From contig JAYKHS010000028.1 of assembly GCA_035285865.1 (NCBI GenBank), positions 64,001 to 128,000 of the forward strand: 64,000 bases of DNA. The letters are read 5' to 3'. Shown here one piece after another: positions 36,803 through 44,847 of the stretch. The notes beneath the pieces are model-generated. The model worked only from the letters and a program-made list of their open reading frames with translations, had not been told where the DNA came from and did no database searches. This stretch comes from Candidatus Sericytochromatia bacterium (GTDB lineage: Bacteria; Cyanobacteriota; Sericytochromatia; S15B-MN24; VGJW01). A program made the translations under genes and the position numbers. Numbering within the stretch: position 1 is the first letter of the stretch; each line of letters opens with the position of its first letter.

Positions 36803-38140
36803 ATGACGATGTCCAGCATTCAGGGCGGGTCGACCTGGACCCCGAGTTTCGACACGGTGAAGATGACGCCGAATGCGTCGGTGCCCCAGATCAAGGACGA
36901 GGCCGCCGTCGTGCCCACGGGTTCCTCCGAGGAGCGTGGTGCTCAGGAAGAAGTCGTCACGGAACTGCCCACCGGTGGCGTCACCCTCGACCGTCCGACT
37001 GTCGAGGGCGATGTCGTGGGGGGCAACATCGTTCCGGACCGTGGTGGGTTCGTGGACGATCGCAACGCCATCGGCGGCAACCAGCAGGTGGATGGCAGCC
37101 GCGTGCCCGATTATGCGACGGCTGTGCAGAATCCCGCCCGCCCCACCAATCTGGGGGTGGATCAGCTGGGCTCGGACCCGCGTAGCACCGCTCCCGAACT
37201 GCCTCGGACGCCCATCAACACGGTCGTGGGCGGCATCGGCCAGGTGCTGGATCGGGTCAGCAACGGCGAGCGGGGTGACAAGATGGCCGGCGACCTGTCG
37301 TCGCTCATCGACAAGTTCAAGGACGATCCCGCCCTGCAGAAGCTGCTCATGAAGCTGTACGAGATCGCGATGGGCCAGGGTAATCCGTATGACGTCGCCG
37401 GGATCATCAAGGAGATCGAAGGTTACCTGAACAGCAAGGCGAAGATCATGTTCCCGCAGCATGAGCCCTGGGAGGCCATCGTCCAGCGCCCCGACGGTTC
37501 CAGCGAGCGCGTTTCCGTCCCGCCTGGCACCACCGAGGCTTCGTACAACGCCAATCCCTTCCCGCTCAATACGTCCCGTGGCCCGGCGACCGCGGGCGGG
37601 GGCACCGGCACCCATGATCCGCTCAAGATCACGCTGGACGGCACGGACGCGAAGGTCAACACGACGGACAACAGCCAGATTCGCCTCGACGACGGCCGCG
37701 AAGTGACCATGTCGGGCGGTCTCAACGACAACGAGGCCTGGCTGGTCAAGGACCGCAACGGCGACGGCACGTCCAAGAACAATGGCGTCATCGACGGCAA
37801 CGAGATCTTCGGCGACCACCTGGGCAAGTTCAAGAACGCCTATGACGAACTGGCTCATGAGTACGCCGCCGAGCTCAAGACGGACGAGCAGGGCCGCAAG
37901 TACATCGATCTTGCGGACCCGAACTCGGTCGCGGCCAAGGAACTCAAGCTGATGGACAAGGCCGGCAACTACATCCACGCCGCGGACAAGCTGCAGAAGC
38001 TCTACGTGTCGTGGGACGAGGTGAACATCCAGGCTGGCGACGGCCAAACCTCGCTGCGTCAGCAGGCCCTTGTCCAGTACAACGATGGCAAGGTGGCGAA
38101 GTCGGCCGACCAGTGGTTCGGCGAGAAGCAGGCCGCCTGA
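36803..38140 (+). CDS. protein with C-terminal FrpC-like Ca2+-dependent self-processing (Asp-Pro) module
   Basis: HDPLKITLDG, WLVKDRNGDG..IDGNEIFGD, NAYDELA, GDGQTSLRQQ...DGKVAKSADQWF; GAGGAG SD; strongly biased codons. Confidence 0.75.
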   Translation: MTMSSIQGGSTWTPSFDTVKMTPNASVPQIKDEAAVVPTGSSEERGAQEEVVTELPTGGVTLDRPTVEGDVVGGNIVPDRGGFVDDRNAIGGNQQVDGSRVPDYATAVQNPARPTNLGVDQLGSDPRSTAPELPRTPINTVVGGIGQVLDRVSNGERGDKMAGDLSSLIDKFKDDPALQKLLMKLYEIAMGQGNPYDVAGIIKEIEGYLNSKAKIMFPQHEPWEAIVQRPDGSSERVSVPPGTTEASYNANPFPLNTSRGPATAGGGTGTHDPLKITLDGTDAKVNTTDNSQIRLDDGREVTMSGGLNDNEAWLVKDRNGDGTSKNNGVIDGNEIFGDHLGKFKNAYDELAHEYAAELKTDEQGRKYIDLADPNSVAAKELKLMDKAGNYIHAADKLQKLYVSWDEVNIQAGDGQTSLRQQALVQYNDGKVAKSADQWFGEKQAA

Positions 38141-38150
38141 GTCGCTGGTG

Positions 38151-38193
38151 ACGGGGGGCGTTCCGCTCGTGGGCGGGACGTCCCCCGTTGTTT
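38151..38193 (+). terminator. intrinsic terminator
   Basis: ACGGGGGGCGTTCCGC-loop-GCGGGACGTCCCCCGT followed by TGTTT. Confidence 0.65.
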
Positions 38194-38227
38194 GGTCCAT
38201 TCCTGCCGCGGGAACGCTGAAGTCATC

Positions 38228-39172
38228 ATGACTGCTGCATTGTCCCGGCCTCTCAGTCGTCTGGCCCTGGCCTTGGCCGTGACGACGATGCCTCTGCCGG
38301 TTCTGGCGGCCGGTCTCGAAAGCGATGCCTCCGACCTGCATCGAGAGGTCTTGGTTCGCCTCGCGGACCAGCTGATCGGGCTGGGTTACGTGCAGTCCGG
38401 CGAACGGGTCTGGTGGGAACCGGAGCACGCGGGCTCAACGGATTCGGACGCCGATATCCTGCGTGCCATGTTGGCGCGCGCCCTGATGATGCGCGGCGTG
38501 GTGCTGGTCGACCGGGAGCCGGATGCCCAGGTGCGCCTCGAGGCGCGCATGCTCCGTGGACCCGGGGAGGTCGTCTATCGGCCCGAGCTTGTCGAGGGGC
38601 GTCCGGGACCCAGCTACACGGTGACGCACCGCCTCGTGGTCCGCTCCGTCGAGTCGGGCTCGAAGCAGGTGCGTGGGGCGGATGTCCTGGTCGTTCAACT
38701 TCAGCCTTTTGCCCCGATTGAGGTTCTTGCGCCCGCAGGGGCACCGGGCGCACAGCGACCCGGGGTGCCGCACCCGGTCCGGGAGCTCCAGGGGGTGGGG
38801 CTTGCAGTGTCCAATCTGTCGGGTTCCGGCTTCTCCTATCGGCGCTGGACCGCATCCGGGCTTGGCTATCAGATATCGGGCTTTCCCTATGTCAATGGCC
38901 CGGATACGTTCTTCAACGCGGGCGGACAGGTGATGCAGTCCTTCTTCGAAGCTCCGTGGGGCCGAGGATACGGGCTTGGCTCGGCCGGTGCCGGATTCGG
39001 CAGTGTCGCGGATCGCTGGTTCGGCGGCACGGCATGGAACCTCAGTGTCGGAGGCGGGCTCGATCTGCGCCTTGCCGGCAACCTGGTGCTGTGCGCGCAA
39101 CTCGCCTACAGCATCTCTGCGGGAAACCGCGTCGGTCCCGGCGTGGGTGCCGGAGCCTACATCGAGTTCTGA
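38228..39172 (+). CDS. exported protein with small C-terminal outer-membrane beta-barrel (paralog 1)
   Basis: signal peptide; GLAVSNLSGSGFSYRRW..GLGYQ; ends YIEF (terminal Phe). Confidence 0.75.
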   Translation: MTAALSRPLSRLALALAVTTMPLPVLAAGLESDASDLHREVLVRLADQLIGLGYVQSGERVWWEPEHAGSTDSDADILRAMLARALMMRGVVLVDREPDAQVRLEARMLRGPGEVVYRPELVEGRPGPSYTVTHRLVVRSVESGSKQVRGADVLVVQLQPFAPIEVLAPAGAPGAQRPGVPHPVRELQGVGLAVSNLSGSGFSYRRWTASGLGYQISGFPYVNGPDTFFNAGGQVMQSFFEAPWGRGYGLGSAGAGFGSVADRWFGGTAWNLSVGGGLDLRLAGNLVLCAQLAYSISAGNRVGPGVGAGAYIEF

Positions 39173-39200
39173 TGAGCCTCTTGAACGGGTGGAACGAGCG

Positions 39201-40241
39201 ATGCGCTTAGAGCAGTTTCTGACCGGATGCATGGCCGCTCCTTGCCTTGCGATGGCCTTGGGCGCCGTGGCTGTCGCGGCCCCGCCACCCGATGCCACGA
39301 CGTTCCATCGCGTCAACATGGAGGATGTGGCAGACCGTCTGCTGGGAGGGGAGCAGCCTTGGCTCAGGAAGGGGGAGCGTGTGTGGCTGTCGGATTCGGC
39401 CTCGCTTCGTACCGCGCGGGATAACGATGCACGGGCTTTGAAGCACATGTTGATGGCAGCGCTCGCGCGTCGCGGGATTGTGTTCACGGCCTCCGAGGAG
39501 CGTGCCGATGTGATGCTGGCTCTGTCCTTCCCGGATGTGCAAGGGGAGAATCTGTTCTTCCGGCAGGAGTTGCTGGGTGTCCGGCCGGGTCCGTCCTGGC
39601 AACTTCGTGATCGCTTGACCGTCCGTGCGGTCGACCGGGCTACCGGGCGTGTCCGGGGCGAAGACTACCTTGTCTCCGAGTACATGCCGTTCGGGGGCGG
39701 GACTGCCGTGCCTGGGTCCGAGGCTTCCGGAACCGCTAGTCCTTCCGTGCCGGACCTTGGCTCGGTCCAGGCCGAGCTGACAGGCTACGGACTGTCTGTC
39801 TCGTGGCTTTCGGGATCGGGCTTTGCCTGGCGGCGCTGGTTGTCGGACGGCTGGGGCTGGCAGTTGGCGGGCATCCCCTACAGCGATGGCACGTACTACT
39901 TCCACAATGCCGGGGGGCAGGTGATGCGCCAGCTGTTCGAGGGGCGGCCCGGACGACTCTATCTGCTCGGGGCCGTCGGTGCGGCCTATGGGACAACCGG
40001 TCCCACCGGCTGGGATCAGTTGTCCGATGACGGGAGCACCTACAACCGTCAGCCAACCTTGCTCTGGAACCTCAGCGCCGGACTCGGGGCCGACCTTCGT
40101 CTGAGTCCAAACTTTGTGGTCGCGCTCGGGGCGGGCTACAGCATGAGCCCCCGGGCCAGCATCGACGCCAGCTACCGTGTCCGGACGGAAAGCGTGGGGG
40201 TCACGCCGGCATTCTCCGCAGGGACGTTCCTCGAGTTCTGA
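39201..40241 (+). CDS. exported protein with small C-terminal outer-membrane beta-barrel (paralog 2)
   Basis: signal peptide; GLSVSWLSGSGFAWRRW..GWGWQ; NAGGQVM shared with paralog 1; ends FLEF. Confidence 0.75.
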   Translation: MRLEQFLTGCMAAPCLAMALGAVAVAAPPPDATTFHRVNMEDVADRLLGGEQPWLRKGERVWLSDSASLRTARDNDARALKHMLMAALARRGIVFTASEERADVMLALSFPDVQGENLFFRQELLGVRPGPSWQLRDRLTVRAVDRATGRVRGEDYLVSEYMPFGGGTAVPGSEASGTASPSVPDLGSVQAELTGYGLSVSWLSGSGFAWRRWLSDGWGWQLAGIPYSDGTYYFHNAGGQVMRQLFEGRPGRLYLLGAVGAAYGTTGPTGWDQLSDDGSTYNRQPTLLWNLSAGLGADLRLSPNFVVALGAGYSMSPRASIDASYRVRTESVGVTPAFSAGTFLEF

Positions 40242-40257
40242 GCCGTGTCGGGCGGGC

Positions 40258-41058
40258 TCAGATCGACAGGTTGCGTCGCCTGAAGACCTGCCAGGCTCCG
40301 ATCAGGGTGGCGAGGGGCAGGCCAGCGAGGCACAGCCACGCGGTCCAGGCCGTTTCCTTCCCCGCGAGGGGTTCGTAGGGCCTGAACCATGTGAACGGGG
40401 ACAGGGGTTTCAGAGGTTCGAGTGCCCGAAAGACATCCCCGAACAGGCTCACGAAGAGCGCGACCATCATGATGGCAATGGCGGGCCGGAAGGCGTTTGC
40501 CGATTCACTCGTGGCCGACGAGATCAGCATCGTGATGCCGCCGAAACCCATCATGAGCAGCAACGCCTGAAGTGCGGTCAGCAGCCAGCCGACGGGCCCG
40601 CCCGGCAGGTTCACGCCATGCCACGCGAGCATGCCGGCGACGGCACCGACACACGCGGTTACCGTCACGGCTTGGCCAAGCACCAGGATGCCGATCTGGG
40701 CAAGGATGAACCTGCCGCGTGTGATGGGGCCCGACAGGGTGAAGGAGAGCGTGCCCCGTTCGATGGCCCCGGCGATCGCCGCTGACGGTATGCCGATGGC
40801 CCACGTCGCCAGCATCGCGAGGCTCAGTGGATGAATCAGGACCCAGGACACGTAGCCTTCGGGGCGTGCCATGGACACCCTGGCGCCCATCATCTTCTTG
40901 ATGAACGAGGGCAGGAGTTTCATCGAGACTTCTGCCTGGGCCCGGTATTCCGGATACCACCACGCCACCATCCCGAGAAACAGCGCGAGGCCTGTGGCGA
41001 GCGCCAGCATGGTCGGCCAGCGGTCCTTGAGGGCACGCAGGAAGACGGCGGCGGTCAT
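40258..41058 (-). CDS. ABC-2 type transporter permease
   Basis: IAGAIERGTL..LSGPITR, LSPFTWF, C-terminal FRRRNL; ~6 TM. Confidence 0.88.
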   Translation of the reverse strand: MTAAVFLRALKDRWPTMLALATGLALFLGMVAWWYPEYRAQAEVSMKLLPSFIKKMMGARVSMARPEGYVSWVLIHPLSLAMLATWAIGIPSAAIAGAIERGTLSFTLSGPITRGRFILAQIGILVLGQAVTVTACVGAVAGMLAWHGVNLPGGPVGWLLTALQALLLMMGFGGITMLISSATSESANAFRPAIAIMMVALFVSLFGDVFRALEPLKPLSPFTWFRPYEPLAGKETAWTAWLCLAGLPLATLIGAWQVFRRRNLSI

Positions 41059-41945
41059 GCGTAGTACTCCAGAAACGAGTCCTCGAGCCGGGCCGGTTCG
41101 ATGGCCACGTCCCGGACCGGCAGGGTGGCCAGCAAGCCGAGCAGGGGCCGGATGTTTCCCTTGACCTCCAGGACCGCGCCGGCGCTTTCCCAGCGGACGA
41201 CACGGGCGTCCGGCAGGATGGCAGTCACAGCTTCCCTCGAGACGTCCTCATCGAGGACGAGGCTGACGCGTCGCGCCATTTTGGCCTTGAGGGCTTCCGT
41301 CCGGGCGACCTCGACGATGCGGCCGTCCCGAATGATGGCGACCTGGTCGCAGAGGCGTTCCACTTCGGAGAGCACGTGGCTCGACATGAAGATCGTGCCG
41401 CCCTCGTCCCGGTAGTTCTGCAAAAGGCCGTGGAAAGCCTGTTGCATCAGTGGGTCGAGGCCTTCGGTGGGCTCGTCGAGGATGACCAACTCCCGCGCCA
41501 GCAACAGGGCGTGGATGATGGCGATCTTCTGCTTGTTGCCCTTCGAGAGCGTCTTGAGTTTCTGGTCGAGGTTGGCGTCCAAAGCCTGGACCATCGGGTC
41601 GAGTCGGGCTTCGGGAAGTTTCATGCCACGAAGGTGGGCGGCGTAGTTCAAGAATGCGCGACCTGTCAGGCCTTCCGGAAGATGTACCTCGCCGGGCAGA
41701 TAGCCGATGCGTCGCCGGACCTCCGGACCTTCACGCCATGGATTTCGTCCGAGGACCGTGGCCACACCGGCCTGCGGGCGCAGGAAATCGAGCAGCAACC
41801 GGATGGTGGTCGACTTGCCGGCGCCGTTTGGGCCGAGGAAACCGAAGATGCTGCCCTCGGGCACGTCCAGCACAAGGTCGCGCACGCCCTTGCCGCCCGG
41901 ATGCAGGTGCGTGAGGCGTTGGAGGGTGATGGCCATGGCGGACAT
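41055..41945 (-). CDS. ABC transporter ATP-binding protein
   Basis: GPNGAGKST, LSKGN, ILDEP, SSH. Confidence 0.95.
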   Translation of the reverse strand: MSAMAITLQRLTHLHPGGKGVRDLVLDVPEGSIFGFLGPNGAGKSTTIRLLLDFLRPQAGVATVLGRNPWREGPEVRRRIGYLPGEVHLPEGLTGRAFLNYAAHLRGMKLPEARLDPMVQALDANLDQKLKTLSKGNKQKIAIIHALLLARELVILDEPTEGLDPLMQQAFHGLLQNYRDEGGTIFMSSHVLSEVERLCDQVAIIRDGRIVEVARTEALKAKMARRVSLVLDEDVSREAVTAILPDARVVRWESAGAVLEVKGNIRPLLGLLATLPVRDVAIEPARLEDSFLEYYA

Positions 41946-41990
41946 GCCCGTCACAGTAGCACAGCAAGGCCTTCAGGCAGACGTGTTACC

Positions 41991-42539
41991 ATGATCACCA
42001 TGCGTGGACTCATGGTCTTGTGGGCGACCTGCGTGGTGGCCGTCTCGACGGGGTGGGCGCCTGCCTTCGCTGCCGAACCGGTTGGGGCCGATCCGTTGGT
42101 GGCCGTCATCGCGCGTTCTGCCGGGCCAGACAAGGCAAGGCGTTATGCGCCGATGGTGCGCGCCGCGTCTCGCAAGCATGGCGTGCCCGAGTTGCTCGTG
42201 GCGGGCATCATCCGTCAGGAGTCCGACTGGGACCCGACGTGCCGGACCGGTCCCTCGCGAGGCCTGATGCAGGTCAATCGCGGGCACGCGCGTCGCGGGG
42301 ACAACCTCTTCGATCCGAAGACGAACCTGGACTACGGCTGCCGGATCCTGCGCGAGTACCGGGATTGGGCCGCCAGGCGCATGCCCAAGGGGTCGTCCGA
42401 ACGATCCATCTGGCACAAGGCACTCACGGCATATAACTTCGGACCTATTGCCGTCGCGCACCGGGGCCTGTATCGCAGTCGCTACAGCGCCAAGGTGATG
42501 GGGTCCTACGAAAAGGCCGAGGCTGCGCCTCGGCGCTGA
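41991..42539 (+). CDS. lytic transglycosylase (SLT domain)
   Basis: signal peptide; IIRQES, GLMQV, ALTAYNFG. Confidence 0.9.
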   Translation: MITMRGLMVLWATCVVAVSTGWAPAFAAEPVGADPLVAVIARSAGPDKARRYAPMVRAASRKHGVPELLVAGIIRQESDWDPTCRTGPSRGLMQVNRGHARRGDNLFDPKTNLDYGCRILREYRDWAARRMPKGSSERSIWHKALTAYNFGPIAVAHRGLYRSRYSAKVMGSYEKAEAAPRR

Positions 42540-42568
42540 AATCGCATCGGGGCGCGCCGCTTCGTGCT

Positions 42569-44035
42569 CTAGAAGCGGAAGAACAGTCCAAGGATCGGCG
42601 ATAGCCCCCCGTCCTGGACCGTGGCGTTCTGCAAGGCGTCCGCGGCCACGGGCGTGCTGGAACCGGACGTGTTGTTGTTGGCCCCGCTGCCGAGGCGCCA
42701 ATCCTGATAGATGGTCTCCGGACGCCACTGGACACCGGCACGGAGGTTGAGCGGGCCCCAGAGGCGCAGGTCCAACGCCGCTCCGGCAACACCGGAGATC
42801 GTCGACGCGCCCGCAGTGCTGACGGTCTCACCGCTCACCGGGACGGGTTTCTTGAGGGGCTGGCTGACTGCGTTCAGACCCACGCCACCCTGAAGGTTCA
42901 GGCGCAGCCTTTCCGAGAGGGGCAGTTGCCACTGTGCCAGCAGGTCGAGCTTGAATGGCGAGACGCCCTGGCCGTAGGTGCCCCCGGCGAAGCCGAGCGC
43001 CACGCCAAAGCTCTGGCCGGACCAAGGTTCCAGAAGGTCGATCTCGAATTGGGCGCGGCCCAGCGAGGCGACGGCAACTGCCGCACTTGCGCCGAGGATC
43101 TTGGCGTTTTGCATCTGAGCACCGGCGAAGAGCCCCAGCCGCAGAAGCGATGCGCGGGGGTCCTCGACCAGCAGGTCGTCGTCGCGGATTCTGTCCTGAC
43201 CTTCGATGATGACGCCGGTCGCGGTACCCGGGAAGACGCGCGTGACGGCGATGCGCCCGACTTCCGTCGTCGGGACCTGGAACACAGCCCCGCCAACCGG
43301 CTGGGACGTCGGGGTCATGCCACGTATCGCCGTAAGGATGTAGCCCTCTTGCATGCCCTGTTCCGAGCCCATGGCCAGCTGGATAAGGCGGCCCTGGCGC
43401 CCGACGATGCGCGTTTGCAGGCGGAACACGTCCCTGAAACCGCCTATGGCCTCGGCCACGAATTGGTCGGCCGCACGTCCCCTCGCCTGGGCCATCGAGT
43501 CACCGGATGCCTGGGAGTTGATGGCGAAGGAGCGTGCCACGATGCCCCGACGCACCTCGATGAGCCTGCAGGAGCCGATCCACTGGTCGTTGTAGATGAT
43601 CGCCCGGCCCTCGCCCCTCTGGGTGGCGATTTCGTTGGACACGTGGATCTCGATCAGGTAGTCCACGCCCTCGAGCCTGCTCAGTCGATCACGCTCCCCA
43701 AGCAGGCCGTCGATGCCCAGTTGCCGCTCCCGAAGAAGGGCGTCGATGCGGCCACGTTCGACGACCGAGAAGCGTCCGAGGTTGGCCAGCGCGTTGCCCA
43801 GGCGCTCATAGGCCATGTCCTCGTCATCGGCGAAATTGCTGTAGCGTTCGGGACGCAGCAGGGCGATCCGCGGGAGGGCAACGGCCACGTTCGCCATGGG
43901 AACGGCGGCGTTCTGGCCCGCCGCGGACGAGCCCTGGGCTCCCTCTCCGTTTGACCGCCGGATCTGCGCGGTGGCGGGAAGCGCACTTAGAATGCCGACG
44001 GAAAGGGCAAGTGCAATCGACAGGGCACGATTCAC
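42569..44035 (-). CDS. CsgG/FlgT-like protein with C-terminal beta-barrel
   Basis: signal peptide; GRFSVVERGRIDALLRE (CsgG-like); IQLAMGSEQGMQEG (FlgT C-terminal-like); ends LFFRF. Confidence 0.7.
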   Translation of the reverse strand: MNRALSIALALSVGILSALPATAQIRRSNGEGAQGSSAAGQNAAVPMANVAVALPRIALLRPERYSNFADDEDMAYERLGNALANLGRFSVVERGRIDALLRERQLGIDGLLGERDRLSRLEGVDYLIEIHVSNEIATQRGEGRAIIYNDQWIGSCRLIEVRRGIVARSFAINSQASGDSMAQARGRAADQFVAEAIGGFRDVFRLQTRIVGRQGRLIQLAMGSEQGMQEGYILTAIRGMTPTSQPVGGAVFQVPTTEVGRIAVTRVFPGTATGVIIEGQDRIRDDDLLVEDPRASLLRLGLFAGAQMQNAKILGASAAVAVASLGRAQFEIDLLEPWSGQSFGVALGFAGGTYGQGVSPFKLDLLAQWQLPLSERLRLNLQGGVGLNAVSQPLKKPVPVSGETVSTAGASTISGVAGAALDLRLWGPLNLRAGVQWRPETIYQDWRLGSGANNNTSGSSTPVAADALQNATVQDGGLSPILGLFFRF

Positions 44036-44132
44036 GAAGGATTCCTCGAGGGTAGCGCGACAGAGGGTTTCCTACCCGGTCGACGACACCATCACGCGAT
44101 GGGTTCCCTGAGCGCTAGGTCGAAAGACCGCC

Positions 44133-44576
44133 CTAGTGGGTCCGGGGGCGATCGGTCCGCTGCGCAAGGGTCTCGGCGAGGTTATCCGCTTCGACCCTGG
44201 CCCGTTCGACCATGGCCTTCATCTGCTCGTCCTGACGTTTGCGCCGACGCTCCTGCCTGGCTGCAACGCCAGCTGCTTCCTGACGTTCGGCCTGTATCGC
44301 GATGGGTTTGGACAGCAGGAGCCCCTTGAGTGCCCCGGTCACGCGCGCACGAGCAGCCTCGGCTGCCTCGCCGACCTTGCGTGCCACGAGCACGGCTGCC
44401 GCGACGATGCCGAGCGTGGCGGCCCTGCGGGCCATTTTGCCGTCCGTCCCCCCCTCGAGGGCGAGGCGATCGCCGGCGGGTCGGGCGGGCTCGGATGCAT
44501 CCCGGAGCCCTGGGTCGCCCGCGCTGCGGCGCAGGTCCTTGGCGGGCTGATGGCCCGGGCGGGCTTCCGTGCGCAT
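44133..44576 (-). CDS. hypothetical protein (one hydrophobic segment, coiled coil)
   Basis: GGAGG SD before ATG 44576; alternative start 44435. Confidence 0.55.
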   Translation of the reverse strand: MRTEARPGHQPAKDLRRSAGDPGLRDASEPARPAGDRLALEGGTDGKMARRAATLGIVAAAVLVARKVGEAAEAARARVTGALKGLLLSKPIAIQAERQEAAGVAARQERRRKRQDEQMKAMVERARVEADNLAETLAQRTDRPRTH

Positions 44577-44597
44577 GGGGGCCTCCGTCTGCAGAAA

Positions 44598-44624
44598 CTA
44601 TCGGGAGCGGACCAGGCGAACTTG
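44598..44624 (-). promoter_or_regulatory. possible sigma-28-like promoter
   Basis: minus strand CAAG-N15-CCCGATAG versus consensus TAAA-N15-GCCGATAA, just upstream of ORF 44576. Confidence 0.3.
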
Positions 44625-44640
44625 CGGAGAAGCGCCATGA

Positions 44641-44721
44641 TGCCCGAGGCGAGAGTCGAACTCGCACGCCTTTCGGCGCCAGATCCTAAGTCTGGTGCGT
44701 CTGCCATTCCGCCACTCGGGC
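44641..44721 (-). tRNA. tRNA-Leu (anticodon TAG)
   Basis: GCCCGAG/CTCGGGC acceptor, CCAGA-CT-TAG-GA-TCTGG anticodon arm, long variable arm, GTTCGA T-loop; CCA not encoded. Confidence 0.96.
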
Positions 44722-44781
44722 CCGGTACCCAGAGTACCGCTTCTCCGGGCGGCATGGGGGCTTCATTAAACGTCGATTAAC

Positions 44782-44790
44782 TGTTACGAT
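44782..44790 (+). promoter_or_regulatory. extended -10 promoter element for pckA
   Basis: TGnTACGAT in an AT-rich patch ~60 nt upstream of pckA. Confidence 0.4.
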
Positions 44791-44847
44791 GGAACTGGCT
44801 GATTCAACGGCGAGCGGCCCCGTAGCTATCGAAGAGGACGGTCATTG

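Noticed and set aside
33710..38428. Long ORFs 33710-35491(+) and 35456-38428(-)
   Set aside because: Shadow or alternative frames over motAB, the TPR gene and the 36803 gene; no coherent protein features.
14569..44721. Genomic island bounded by tRNA-Val and tRNA-Leu
   Set aside because: No integrase, no duplicated tRNA 3' end found, uniform GC, and housekeeping genes (rsmG, dcd) inside.
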